38,942 bases of DNA from Candidatus Sulfotelmatobacter sp. (GTDB lineage: Bacteria > Methylomirabilota > Methylomirabilia > Methylomirabilales > DASPOZ01). The notes beneath the pieces were generated by a model. The model saw nothing but the letters and a program-made list of their open reading frames with translations. It was not told the DNA's origin and did not search any database. Shown piece by piece: positions 1 to 8,429 of this stretch (position 1 is its first letter; the number at the start of each line of letters is the position of its first letter). Location: assembly GCA_035625755.1 (NCBI GenBank), contig DASPOZ010000101.1, positions 1 through 38,942 of the forward strand, in the 5' to 3' direction. A program made the position numbers and the translations under genes.

Positions 1-311
1 GGCGACCCCAATTCTCCGGGTCAACCGTTGTGGGCGCCGTACGATCCCGTGTCTGACGAGCGCCTATCCCTTCTTCCCCCGGAACCGGTGGTCGAGTCGG
101 GATTCGCGACCGATCACCAGTGTACTACCTTCTGGGACCTCCTCTGAGCGACGAGTGCCCCCCTGCCCGGGCCCCGCATCCGGGCCGGGTCGAAATGGAC
201 ACTTGTCTCTTCAGGTCTGGCCGAAGGCGGCCACCTCGGCCAGGCCGAGCCGTGTGACGAGGTCGCGGATGGCGGGGAACTCGGGGCCGGCGAACTGGCC
301 CCCTCCAATGG

Positions 312-512
312 CCCGAGCTGGCTCCTGAAAAAGGGCCACCCCGCCTGAGGCGTCCAAGTTGCGGCGTTGCCTCGCTGGTGGGGCGCTGCCCCGTACGAAC
401 CGAGCACGCTTCCGACCCACTGGCCGTGGACTCCCACCCCGCGCCCCTCCCCGTGCACTTGCGCCCTCTAGCGCGCCCTGGACAAGAGCATCTCACAGCA
501 TCCGCGCGGCCA
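312..512 (-). repeat. Degenerate copy (reverse orientation) of the CAGGCTGCTGAAAAAGG palindromic repeat family
   Basis: GAGCTGGCTCCTGAAAAAGGGCC ... GCGGCGTTGCC..GGCGCTGC..GTACGAACCGAGCACGC ... CTGGACAAGAGCATC aligns by eye with the reverse-orientation copies at 20509 and 31259, with many substitutions and indels. Boundaries are approximate. Confidence 0.4.
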
Positions 513-571
513 TGCCAAGCCGATTTCAACTGCCGCAGGCTCGAGCGCGTCGGGGGCATACGGTTTGGCAA

Positions 572-753
572 GATGCTGAGGAACCTGTTTTGACCCAGGC
601 TGCTCAAAAGGTCCAGATGCAAGGCGGCGCGTGATGCGAGGCGCGAGGCGTACTGGGTGCGTACGTCGCAGCGCCGCGCGAGCGCGCCAACGCCCCACCC
701 ACTGCCGCCGGGGCAGGGGGGAGAGACGTTGGGCCTTTTTCAGCAGCCTGTTA
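572..753 (+). repeat. Palindromic MITE/REP-like repeat, copy 1 (long form)
   Basis: Diverged outer left arm (GATGCTGAGGAACC). Inner left arm CCCAGGCTGCTCAAAAGGTCCAGATGCAAGGCGGCGCG. Central palindrome GCGAGGCGTAC..GTACGTCGC..GCGCGAGCGCGCCAACGCC. Extra hairpin CTGCCGCCGGGGCAG. Right arm GGGCCTTTTTCAGCAGCCTG followed by TTA. Confidence 0.85.
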
Positions 754-875
754 ATGGTTCCCGGCGCCCTCCGGGCGCACCGCGCTGGGGGGGGCGGGGC
801 ACGCTTGAAATCGCCGGAGTGGGAAGTTATCATGCCTGGTCGTTTGGCCCAATCGCGTGCGGAGGGGAGACGCGG

Positions 876-1847
876 ATGATCGAGGTCCAGAATCTTACCA
901 AGTCCTACGGGCCCGTGACGGCCATCGAGGACGTCAGCTTCACGGTGGGCCGGGGGGAGATCGTGGGCTTCCTTGGGCCCAACGGGGCCGGCAAGACCAC
1001 CACCATGCGCATCCTCACGGGATACATGCCGCCCACCACCGGCACGGCGCAGGTGGCCGGGTTCGACGTGCTGGCCCAATCCCTGGAGGCCCGGCGCCGG
1101 ATCGGATACCTGCCGGAGAGCGTGCCCCTCTATGGGGAGTTCCGCGTGCGGACCTACCTGGATTTCGTGGCGGAGGCGAAGGGCGTGCCCTCACGGGACC
1201 GCCGTGCCCGCGTGGACGAGGCCATGGAACGCTGCGCCGTCACCGACGTGGCCGGAAAGCTGGTGAGCACCCTCTCCCGCGGCTACCGGCAGCGGGTCGG
1301 CCTGGCGCAGGCCCTGGTGAACGATCCCGAGGTCCTCATCCTGGACGAGCCCACCGTGGGGCTGGACCCGCAGCAGATCGTGGAGATCCGCCGGCTCATC
1401 AAGGGGCTGGCCGGGCGGCGCACCATCATCCTCTCCACCCACATCCTGCCCGAGGTCAGCATGACCTGCGATCGGGTCATCATCATCAGCCGGGGGCGGA
1501 TCGTGGCCGTGGACACCCCCGGGAACCTCACGGCCCAGGTGCAGAAGTCGGCCAACGTGCTGCTGCAGGTGGAAGGGCCGCCGGACCGGGTCATGGCCGA
1601 GATCCGCCGGCTGGAGGGGGTGCAGCGGGTGGCCCCGCGGGGCGATGCGGTGGACGGGCGCCGGACCTACCTGGTGGAATCGGAGCGGGGGCGGGACGTG
1701 CGTGTGGCCCTGGCGGCCGCCATGGTGAAGAACGGCTGGGGCCTCTACGAGCTCCGCCCCGCGGACCTGTCCCTGGAAGAGATCTTCCTCCACCTGGTCA
1801 CCGACGAGGCGGCGGCCCACCAGCCCGGCCGGGCGGCGGAGGCCTAG
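876..1847 (+). CDS. ABC transporter ATP-binding protein (ABC-2 / GldA-like)
   Basis: ATG 876 with GGAGGGGA at 861-868. Walker A GPNGAGKTT, signature LSRGYRQRV, Walker B LILDEP. The tracked ORF start at 657 runs through repeat copy 1 and is rejected. Confidence 0.9.
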   Translation: MIEVQNLTKSYGPVTAIEDVSFTVGRGEIVGFLGPNGAGKTTTMRILTGYMPPTTGTAQVAGFDVLAQSLEARRRIGYLPESVPLYGEFRVRTYLDFVAEAKGVPSRDRRARVDEAMERCAVTDVAGKLVSTLSRGYRQRVGLAQALVNDPEVLILDEPTVGLDPQQIVEIRRLIKGLAGRRTIILSTHILPEVSMTCDRVIIISRGRIVAVDTPGNLTAQVQKSANVLLQVEGPPDRVMAEIRRLEGVQRVAPRGDAVDGRRTYLVESERGRDVRVALAAAMVKNGWGLYELRPADLSLEEIFLHLVTDEAAAHQPGRAAEA

Positions 1848-1849
1848 CC

Positions 1850-2620
1850 GTGGCACACATCCTGGCCATCTTCAAGAAAGAGATCCGAGCCTACTTCGTC
1901 TCTCCCGTGGCCTACGGGGTCCTCACCATCTTCGCCCTGGTGGCCGGGTATTACTTCTGGATCGTCGTGGGCGTGTACCAGCGGGCCGGCTTCCAGAGCA
2001 TGATGAACCCCCAGATCGCCCAGGGTCTGAATCCCTCCGACTGGGTGTTCCGTCCCCTCTTCAGCTTCCTCTCCGTCATCGTCCTTTTCCTCATGCCGGC
2101 CATCACGGCGCGGCTTTTCGCGGAGGAGAAGCGGCAGGGGACGGCCGAGCTCCTCTTCACCTATCCCATCCGGGACGTGGAGCTCCTCCTGGGCAAGTTC
2201 TTCGCGGCCACGGCCCTGGCCCTGGCCATGCTGGGCCTCACGCTGGCCTACCCGCTCCTCCTGGGCCTCTTCGTGCCCATCGAGTGGGGACCCACCCTCA
2301 CGGGGTACCTGGGCATGGCCCTGATGATGATGGCCTTCCTGGCGGTGGGCACCCTGATCTCGTCCCTCACCGAACACCAGCTCATCGCCTTCACCGTCAG
2401 CTTCGGGGCCGCCCTGCTCCTCTGGCTCATCGGCTGGGCGGCGGACGGCGCGGGCCCCACGGGCCGGGCGGTCCTGAAGCACCTCTCGCTGCTGGAGCAT
2501 CGCGAGAGCTTCGCCAAGGGCGTGCTGGAGACCAAGGACATCATCTTCTTCCTGAACTTCACCTTCTTCTTCCTTTTCCTCACGCTCCGTTCTCTCGAAT
2601 CCAAGCGCTGGCGGGGCTAG
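1850..2620 (+). CDS. ABC-2 type transporter permease (GldF-like)
   Basis: GTG 1850 lies 2 nt after the ATPase stop. Multi-pass hydrophobic protein (VAHILAIFKKEIRAYFVSPVAYG...). The upstream 857-1849 part of the tracked ORF is an out-of-gene shadow frame. Confidence 0.8.
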   Translation: MAHILAIFKKEIRAYFVSPVAYGVLTIFALVAGYYFWIVVGVYQRAGFQSMMNPQIAQGLNPSDWVFRPLFSFLSVIVLFLMPAITARLFAEEKRQGTAELLFTYPIRDVELLLGKFFAATALALAMLGLTLAYPLLLGLFVPIEWGPTLTGYLGMALMMMAFLAVGTLISSLTEHQLIAFTVSFGAALLLWLIGWAADGAGPTGRAVLKHLSLLEHRESFAKGVLETKDIIFFLNFTFFFLFLTLRSLESKRWRG

Positions 2621-2645
2621 CCCCGGGGTGCCGGGGGGAGTGCGC

Positions 2646-4373
2646 ATGTCGCTGCAGAAGCTGGGGACTCTCGCGGGCGCCGCCGGCGCCCTGCTGCTGG
2701 TGCTGGGGGGGATCGTCTATCTCTTCCAGCCGGCGCTGCCGGGTTGGCTGGTGGCCGTCCTGCTGGCGGGGGCGATCCTGCTCCTGTTCGGGGCCTACGC
2801 CCACTTCGGCGCCATCGCGCGCCAGTTGGCCCGGCGCCAGACCCGCTACGGCCTGAACGTGCTCGCCATGGCGGTGTTGCTGATGCTGGTGATCGGGTTC
2901 GTGGAGTTCTTCTCTGCCCGCTACAACAAGCGCCTGGACCTCACCGAGGGGCGCCGCTACACCCTTTCGCCCCAAACGGTGAAGGTGGTCAGGGAACTGA
3001 AGAAGCCGGTGAAGGCGGTGGCCTTCTTCCGCGCCGGCGGCACGGGCGCCGTGGAGGACCGGCGCGCCGCCGAGGACCTGCTGCGCCAGTACGCGGACCT
3101 CTCGTCCAACTTCCGCTACGAGTTCGTGGACCCGGACAAGGACATCGGGCTGGCCCGCCGGTACAAGATCACCATGTACGGCACGGTGGTGCTCGAAACG
3201 CCGGAGGAGGACCCGGGGCTGGCCGCCGCCAAGCCCCTGACGCCCGAGGAGGCCCCCGCCCCCGCCACGGGGGACGCCAAGGCGGCCAAGGCCGCCCCAG
3301 AAGCGGCGGCGAAAAAAGCGGGCGCCGCCCCGGCCGTGGCCGAACGGGCCATGCGCGAGGAGCAGCTCACCGAGGTCAGCGAGGAGCGCCTCACCAACGC
3401 CGTGGTGAAGCTCACCCGCAGCGGCCGCCGCACCATCTACTTCAGCCAGGGCCACGGCGAGGGGGGCATCACGGACGCCGGCGAGCGCGGCTTCGGCCTG
3501 CTGCGGCAGGAGGTGGAGAAGAGCAACTACGTCGTCAAGGACCTGTTGCTGGCGCGCGACAAGGAGGTGCCGCAGGATGCCACCGCGGCGGTCATCCTGG
3601 GGCCGCAGAGGGACATTCCCGAGGCCGAACTCGCCGTCTTCGACGCCTACCTGGCCCGGGGCGGCAAGCTGCTGATCATGACGGACCCCCTCACCGGCGC
3701 CTCCCTCAAGCCCTTCCTGGCCAAGTACGCCATCAGCCTCGGAAACGACATCGTGATCAGCCGCCAGTTCCCGCTGGGCACCGGCCCCCAGGTCCCCGCG
3801 GTGAACCGGTACGGGAACCACCCCATCACCCGGGACCTGCAGGGGATCCTGACCATCTTCCCCCTCGTCCGCTCGGTGGATGCGGCCGAGAAGCCGGGCG
3901 AGGGGGTTTCGGTGGAGAAGCTGATCGAAACCCCGGCCTACCCGGTGAGCTGGGCCCAGCCCGACTCGCAGCGCGAGATCCAGTACGACGCCGCGCGGGA
4001 CCGCAAGGGCCCGGTGCCCATCGCCCTGGTCGCCACCATCGGGGGGAAGGCGGCGGCCGCGGGGGACGCCCGGAAGCCCGAGCAGGCCCCGCGGCCCGCC
4101 AAGGCGCGCGTGGTGGTCTTCGGGAACTCCCGCTTCGCCAGCAACCCCCTCCTCCGCCTGGAGGGCAACCGCGACCTGGTGATGAACGCCATCTCCTGGC
4201 TGGCGGAGGAGGAGGACCTCATCGCCATCCGCCCGCGGGACGCCAAGTCCGCCCCGCTCCTCCTGGCCGAGACCCAGGCGAAGGTCTTCTGGTTCGTGCC
4301 GCTCGTCGTCCTGCCCGCCGCCGTGGCCGGCGTGGGCGTGGGCGTCTTCGTGCGCCGGAGGCGCTACCGGTGA
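2646..4373 (+). CDS. GldG-like ABC-transporter auxiliary protein
   Basis: ATG 2646 with GGGGGAG 6 nt upstream. N-terminal TM helices and one C-terminal TM helix flank a large soluble region. The position after gldA/gldF-like genes is typical. Contains an Ala/Pro/Lys low-complexity insert. Confidence 0.7.
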   Translation: MSLQKLGTLAGAAGALLLVLGGIVYLFQPALPGWLVAVLLAGAILLLFGAYAHFGAIARQLARRQTRYGLNVLAMAVLLMLVIGFVEFFSARYNKRLDLTEGRRYTLSPQTVKVVRELKKPVKAVAFFRAGGTGAVEDRRAAEDLLRQYADLSSNFRYEFVDPDKDIGLARRYKITMYGTVVLETPEEDPGLAAAKPLTPEEAPAPATGDAKAAKAAPEAAAKKAGAAPAVAERAMREEQLTEVSEERLTNAVVKLTRSGRRTIYFSQGHGEGGITDAGERGFGLLRQEVEKSNYVVKDLLLARDKEVPQDATAAVILGPQRDIPEAELAVFDAYLARGGKLLIMTDPLTGASLKPFLAKYAISLGNDIVISRQFPLGTGPQVPAVNRYGNHPITRDLQGILTIFPLVRSVDAAEKPGEGVSVEKLIETPAYPVSWAQPDSQREIQYDAARDRKGPVPIALVATIGGKAAAAGDARKPEQAPRPAKARVVVFGNSRFASNPLLRLEGNRDLVMNAISWLAEEEDLIAIRPRDAKSAPLLLAETQAKVFWFVPLVVLPAAVAGVGVGVFVRRRRYR

Positions 4374-5728
4374 GCTTCCGCACCACCGGCATCCTGGCGG
4401 TCCTCCTGGCGGTCCTGTTGGGCGCCTACTACTTCGCCGAGGTCCGCGGCGGCAGGAAGGACGCGGACGAGGCCGGGCGCCTCTTCACGGCCAAGCCGGA
4501 GGACGTGGAGGCCCTGGAGCTCCATGCCGGCGGGGCCGACATCCGCCTGCAGCGCCAGGACGGGGGCTGGCGCATCGAACAGCCGGTCCAGGCCAGGGGC
4601 GACGGCGCGGCTATCGGGGCCCTGGCCGCCAGCCTGCTGGGCGCCCGCGCCGAACGCACCCTGGAAGAGCTGCCCAAGAGCCTGGCCGACTACGGGCTGG
4701 ACAACCCGGAGCTGGTCGTGCGCTTCCGCGCGCGGGGCGATTCCCAGTGGCGGCGCCTGGAGTTCGGCGGCAAGAACCCCACCGGCGCCTGGGCCTACGC
4801 GCGGGTGGACGAGAAGCCGCAGGTGATCCTGGTGCCCGACACGCTGCGGGGCGAACTGCGCAAGACCGCCCTGGACCTGCGCGATAAGTCCGTAATGGAC
4901 GTGGAGGCGGAGAGGGTCACGCGCCTGGTGGTGCGGCGGGGGGCGCAGGAGCCGCTGGAGCTGAGGCGGGGGGCCCAATGGGAGATCGCGGGGCCGGTGA
5001 AGGTCCGGGCGGACGAGTGGCGCGTCTCCGGGCTGGTGCGCCGGCTGGCCACCGCCAAGGCCAAGGCCTTCGCCGCGGAGCCTGCCGCGGACCTGAAGCC
5101 CTACGGCCTGGACCGGCCGGCGGTGCGCCTGGAGCTGTGGGAGAAGGACGCGGCGTCCCCCAAGGTGCTGGCCCTGGCCGAACCCAAGGATAAGCCGAAT
5201 CTCCTTTACGGCCGCAACGAGGCCACCATGACCGTCGTGGAGCTGGACAAGGCCCTTATGACGGACGTGCCCAAGGACGCCTGGGAGATCCGAGACAAGA
5301 GCCTGTTCCGCTACGCCACCAGGGACGTGAAAAGGCTCCGCCTGGCCTGGGGGGGCACGGCGGTGGCCGTGGAACGCGAGGGGGAGGCGAAGTGGAAGGT
5401 CGCCGAGCCCGCGGCGGGCGCGGCCGACGAATCCCGGGTGAGGGACCTGCTCTTCAAGCTCACCGTCCTCCGGGCCGACGGCGTGGCCGCCGAGCAGGCG
5501 GGGACGCTGGACCGCTACGGGCTGGACCGGCCGGAGCTCACCATCACCGTCACCGGGGCGGACGGCAAGGCCCTGGGCACCCTGCTGGTGGGCAAGCAGG
5601 AGCGGGACGAGCGATACGTGCAGATCCAGGGGGAGCCGGCCGTGTACACGGTTCCCTCCAAGGACTTGCAGGACCTCCCCCGGGCGCCGGATGATTTCCG
5701 CGAGAAGAAACCCGAGAAGAAGGCATAG
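4370..5728 (+). CDS. DUF4340-like protein (N-terminal TM anchor, repeated beta-rich modules)
   Basis: GTG 4370 overlaps the upstream stop (GTGA). VSFRTTGILAVLLAVLLGAYYF anchor. Internally repeated ...YGLD.P...V modules. Usual partner of gldG-like genes. Confidence 0.65.
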   Translation: MSFRTTGILAVLLAVLLGAYYFAEVRGGRKDADEAGRLFTAKPEDVEALELHAGGADIRLQRQDGGWRIEQPVQARGDGAAIGALAASLLGARAERTLEELPKSLADYGLDNPELVVRFRARGDSQWRRLEFGGKNPTGAWAYARVDEKPQVILVPDTLRGELRKTALDLRDKSVMDVEAERVTRLVVRRGAQEPLELRRGAQWEIAGPVKVRADEWRVSGLVRRLATAKAKAFAAEPAADLKPYGLDRPAVRLELWEKDAASPKVLALAEPKDKPNLLYGRNEATMTVVELDKALMTDVPKDAWEIRDKSLFRYATRDVKRLRLAWGGTAVAVEREGEAKWKVAEPAAGAADESRVRDLLFKLTVLRADGVAAEQAGTLDRYGLDRPELTITVTGADGKALGTLLVGKQERDERYVQIQGEPAVYTVPSKDLQDLPRAPDDFREKKPEKKA

Positions 5729-5773
5729 CGCTCCGCTGTTCAAATGCTATCCGCTCAGGCTGTCAGCCGGGCC

Positions 5774-5821
5774 AAATCCCCCCATTCCCCCCTTTGCCAA
5801 AGGGGGGCGGAGGGGGGATTT
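5774..5821 (+). terminator. Long G/C-tract hairpin (AAATCCCCCC..CCCCCCTTT-GCC-AAAGGGGGG..GGGGGGATTT) downstream of the DUF4340 gene
   Basis: Outer 10-bp and inner 9-bp stems read directly from the sequence, followed by only a short TTT. Possible terminator or REP-type hairpin. Confidence 0.4.
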
Positions 5822-5876
5822 GAACAGTATTGGCGCTGAGGCCAGGCCGGCCGCGCGGCCGGCCCATGGGGCGTCC

Positions 5877-7157
5877 ATGCAGCCGACGAAGCGGTTCCAT
5901 TACGCCTGGATCGTCATCGGGGTCACCTTCTTCGCCCTCATGGCGGGTATGGGGGTCCGGTCCAACTTCGGCGTCTACATCAAGCCGCTGGAGGCCGAGT
6001 TTCACACCACCCGCGAGCCCATCTCCCGGATCAATTTCCTCAGCTTGCTCCTCTTCGCCCTCGTGCAGCCGGTCATCGGGATGGTCCTGGATCGTTATGG
6101 GCCCCGCGTCGTCCTGGCGGGCAGTATGCTTCTGGCCGGGCTGGGGACCGTCGGGCTGGCCTACGCCCCCAGCCTCTTCTGGGTCGGCGTGCTCTACGCC
6201 ATCGTCGGCGGGATCGCCTCCGGGGGCGCGGCGGTGACGGCGGGAACCTCGGTGGCCACGCGCTGGTTCGTGAAATCCCGCGGGCTGGCCATCGGCATCG
6301 CGGGGGCGGGCAGTTCCACCGGGCAGCTCATCTTCTTCCCCCTAGCCACCTGGCTGCTCCTGAAGACCGACTGGCGATTCAGCTACCTCCTCCAGGGGAT
6401 CCTGATGGCCGCCGTGGCGTTCCCGTTGGTGGCCTGGCTGGCCCGCAGCGACCCGCGGGACCTGGGGATCGCGCCCTACGGCGCCGACGAGGTGCCGGTG
6501 GGGTCGGCCGGTACCGTCGCACCGCTCGGCGCGGCGAGAGAGCGCCGCGTCGGCCTCGCGGAGGCCGCGCGCAGCCGGGACTTCTGGCTGCTGGCCATGG
6601 GTTTCTTCGTGTGCGGCTATACCAGCACGGGGCTCATCCAGTTCCACTTCATCCCGTACGCCATGGACCACGGGTTCCACGCCATGGAAGCGGCCAACGC
6701 CCTGGGCCTGATGGGCGCCCTCAACATCGTGGGCACCATGCTCTCGGGGCGGCTCTGCGACCGGGTGGGCAACCGGATCCCCCTCAGCGCCGTCTACTTC
6801 CTGCGGGCGCTGGCCATCCTCTTCCTGCTCCTGGTGCGGGACGGGGTGATGCTCACCGTGTGGGCCATGACCTTCGGCCTGACGTATATCGCCTCCGTGC
6901 CCCCCACCTCCGGCCTCACGGCGGATCTGTTCGGAAGGCTCTCGGTGGGAAAGCTCTTCGGCTGGATCTTCCTGAGCCACCAGGTGGGCGCCGCGCTGGG
7001 GTCCTGGATCGGCGGGTACCTGTACGACCGCACGGGAAACTACGTGGGGGCGTTCCTCTCCGCCGCGGCCCTGGCCTTCGTCGCCTCCGCCCTGAGCTAC
7101 GCCATCCGCGAGAGCCCGCGGGCCGTCCCGGTCCCCGCCGCGGCCGTGGGATCCTAA
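5877..7157 (+). CDS. MFS transporter
   Basis: ATG 5877 (MQPTKRFHYAWIVIGVTFF...). About 12 hydrophobic segments with a central loop. The ORF-track start at 5691 runs through the hairpin region and is rejected. Confidence 0.85.
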   Translation: MQPTKRFHYAWIVIGVTFFALMAGMGVRSNFGVYIKPLEAEFHTTREPISRINFLSLLLFALVQPVIGMVLDRYGPRVVLAGSMLLAGLGTVGLAYAPSLFWVGVLYAIVGGIASGGAAVTAGTSVATRWFVKSRGLAIGIAGAGSSTGQLIFFPLATWLLLKTDWRFSYLLQGILMAAVAFPLVAWLARSDPRDLGIAPYGADEVPVGSAGTVAPLGAARERRVGLAEAARSRDFWLLAMGFFVCGYTSTGLIQFHFIPYAMDHGFHAMEAANALGLMGALNIVGTMLSGRLCDRVGNRIPLSAVYFLRALAILFLLLVRDGVMLTVWAMTFGLTYIASVPPTSGLTADLFGRLSVGKLFGWIFLSHQVGAALGSWIGGYLYDRTGNYVGAFLSAAALAFVASALSYAIRESPRAVPVPAAAVGS

Positions 7158-7236
7158 CCGGCCGCCGAAAAGGGCCGATACCTTTCGCGGCTGCCTCGGC
7201 GACACCGAGTGGGCCGTTGGCGCGCTCGATCCCCAG

Positions 7237-7278
7237 AAAAAAATCACGGCCCGGCAGCGAGATGCACTGCCGGGCCGT
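7237..7278 (-). terminator. Rho-independent terminator (minus strand)
   Basis: Minus strand reads ACGGCCCGGCAG-TGCATCTCG-CTGCCGGGCCGT, a perfect 12-bp stem, then GA and TTTTTTT. It lies 20 nt downstream of the 7298 stop. Confidence 0.85.
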
Positions 7279-7297
7279 TCGCTTTGCGAAGCCGGGC

Positions 7298-7495
7298 TCA
7301 GGTCTGGGGCGTTTCGGGGGGTTCGGCCGGGGGGAGGCCCTGATCCTCGGGTCGCACCGCCTCGATGGGCGGCCCCTTCTCCCCCGTGGCGGTCCGGGCC
7401 TGGCGCCGTGCGCGCTTCTCCTCCTGGCGCTTCTTGCGGGCTTCTTCTTTCCGGCGCTTATCCCCTCGGTAGGCCTGTCGAGATCGCCCGGGCAT
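7298..7495 (-). CDS. Small Lys/Arg-rich basic protein (65 aa), function unknown
   Basis: ATG 7495 preceded by GGAGGGGAGC and followed by a strong terminator. No family recognised. Confidence 0.5.
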   Translation of the reverse strand: MPGRSRQAYRGDKRRKEEARKKRQEEKRARRQARTATGEKGPPIEAVRPEDQGLPPAEPPETPQT

Positions 7496-7566
7496 GCTCC
7501 CCTCCGGATCCGGCCCCCCCTAGGACCGTAACTTCAGCGGAATCGTGCGAGCCCGCCTCCGGCGGA

Positions 7567-7896
7567 CTAGTAGCCCCGCCGGCCTCCCCCGCCGCCGCCG
7601 CGCCGCCCCCGGTCGCCGCCCCCGCCGAAGCCCCCGGTGCGCGGCGGGCGCTCCCGGGCCTCGTTCACCGTGAGGGCGCGGCCGCCCAGGTCCCGCCCGT
7701 TCAGCGCCCGGATGGCGGCCTCGGCATCCGAATCGCTCCCCATGTCCACGAAGCCGAACCCCCGGGGCCGCCCCGTGTCCCGATCCACCACGATGGTCAC
7801 GCTGGTGACCTGGCGGCCTCCCTCCTCGAACAGGGTGCGAAGCTGGTCCTCCGTAACGCCGAAGGACAGGTTTCCGACGAATAGGCGCGTCCCCAT
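7567..7896 (-). CDS. RRM-type RNA-binding protein with C-terminal RGG tail
   Basis: RNP2 LFVGNL and RNP1 RGFGFVDM. Gly/Arg-rich C-terminus. ATG at 7896 (MGTRLFV). Confidence 0.9.
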   Translation of the reverse strand: MGTRLFVGNLSFGVTEDQLRTLFEEGGRQVTSVTIVVDRDTGRPRGFGFVDMGSDSDAEAAIRALNGRDLGGRALTVNEARERPPRTGGFGGGGDRGRRGGGGGGRRGY

Positions 7897-7975
7897 TCCC
7901 TGCCTCACTTCCTCAACGGCGGGCCCGTCCGTGCGGCGCCCCCGTGGTTGTGGGAAGGCCCCAAAGGCCTCCCCC

Positions 7976-8281
7976 CTACAATCCCGTCTCGCTCCGGCGC
8001 GGCCGCAGGGCCCGGGCCTTCTGACGGCGCAGGCGGCGGGCCGCCTCCCGGACCTTCCGCCGCCGTCGCTCACCGGGCTTCTCATACCGGCTCTTCCGCG
8101 TAAAATCGCGGAGGATGCCATCCCGCATCACCAGGCGCTTGAACGCGCGCAGCGCGCTCTCCACGCCCCGTTCGTCCACGGCCACCTCGAGGGCGCGCCC
8201 CCGGGGACCCCCCGACCCGTGGGGGCGATCCCCCGACCCGTGGGGACGATCCCCTGAGCCCGCGCGGAGCGGCTCGGCCAT
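7976..8281 (-). CDS. rpsU: 30S ribosomal protein S21 with N-terminal repeat extension
   Basis: Core VESALRAFKRLVMRDGILRDF..YEKPGERRRRK. ATG 8281 preceded by GGGAAGGGGAGGGAAGGC. About 25 extra N-terminal residues include the GDRPHGS tandem repeat. Confidence 0.85.
   Translation of the reverse strand: MAEPLRAGSGDRPHGSGDRPHGSGGPRGRALEVAVDERGVESALRAFKRLVMRDGILRDFTRKSRYEKPGERRRRKVREAARRLRRQKARALRPRRSETGL
8209..8250 (-). repeat. Two in-frame 21-nt tandem repeats (with a partial third) inside the rpsU 5' end
   Basis: cccccgacccgtgggggcgat / cccccgacccgtggggacgat on the plus strand, encoding GDRPHGS twice. Confidence 0.9.
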
Positions 8282-8310
8282 GCCTTCCCTCCCCTTCCCG
8301 ACAACGGGTT

Positions 8311-8351
8311 CAAAAACAACGCGCCGCGAGGCCCCTGGTCCTTGCGGCGCG
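8311..8351 (-). promoter_or_regulatory. Terminator-like hairpin in the moaD-like/rpsU intergenic leader
   Basis: Minus strand reads CGCGCCGC-(16 nt loop)-GCGGCGCG followed by TTGTTTTTG. It lies between the predicted rpsU promoter and the rpsU RBS. Confidence 0.45.
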
Positions 8352-8400
8352 GCGTGTTCGGAGTGCCAGGTGAAAACGTCGTCTGCCAGAACCGAAGTGA

Positions 8401-8429
8401 AGTGTAGAGGGTTTCTCCTCGCCTGTCAA
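8401..8429 (-). promoter_or_regulatory. Sigma70-like promoter for rpsU (TTGACA-17-TACACT)
   Basis: Hexamers and the 17-nt spacer read directly from the minus strand. The -35 hexamer contains the stop codon (8426-8428) of the upstream moaD-like ORF. Confidence 0.5.

Noticed and set aside
1-147. Open frame entering from the left edge (plus frame 1, ...FATDHQCTTFWDLL, stop at 145-147), and the minus-strand ORF 211-420.
   Set aside because: No motif was recognised. Both are short, and the area is adjacent to a decayed repeat copy. The evidence is insufficient to call either a gene; either could be a gene fragment.
657-875. N-terminal extensions of tracked ORFs, such as 657-875 of the ABC ATPase, 20483-20578 of cysK, 5691-5876 of the MFS gene and 25353-25439 of purD.
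   Set aside because: The extensions run through repeat elements or hairpins, giving recurrent peptides such as [12 protein letters not shown] and GLFQQP. Internal ATG codons with good SD sequences coincide with the conserved protein N-termini.
857-1849. The upstream parts of the very long tracked ORFs 857-2620 and 2744-5728.
   Set aside because: Only the 3' portions (from GTG 1850 and GTG 4370) encode membrane or DUF4340-like sequence. The 5' portions overlap the real ABC ATPase and GldG-like genes in another frame.
2580-3821. Long antisense or alternative-frame ORFs throughout the window. Examples: 2580-3821(-), 4364-5743(-), 8995-10389(+), 12645-13841(-), 13547-15049(+), 17683-18579(+), 19475-20629(+), 21325-23289(-), 23699-25384(-), 25290-26672(-), 27428-29008(-), 29168-30238(-), 31414-32484(-), 32732-33883(-), 34017-35141(+), 35150-36736(+).
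   Set aside because: They overlap genes that have clear family motifs. They are Arg/Gly/Pro/Ala-rich with no recognisable domains and no RBS. This is typical of shadow ORFs in very GC-rich DNA, where stop codons are rare.
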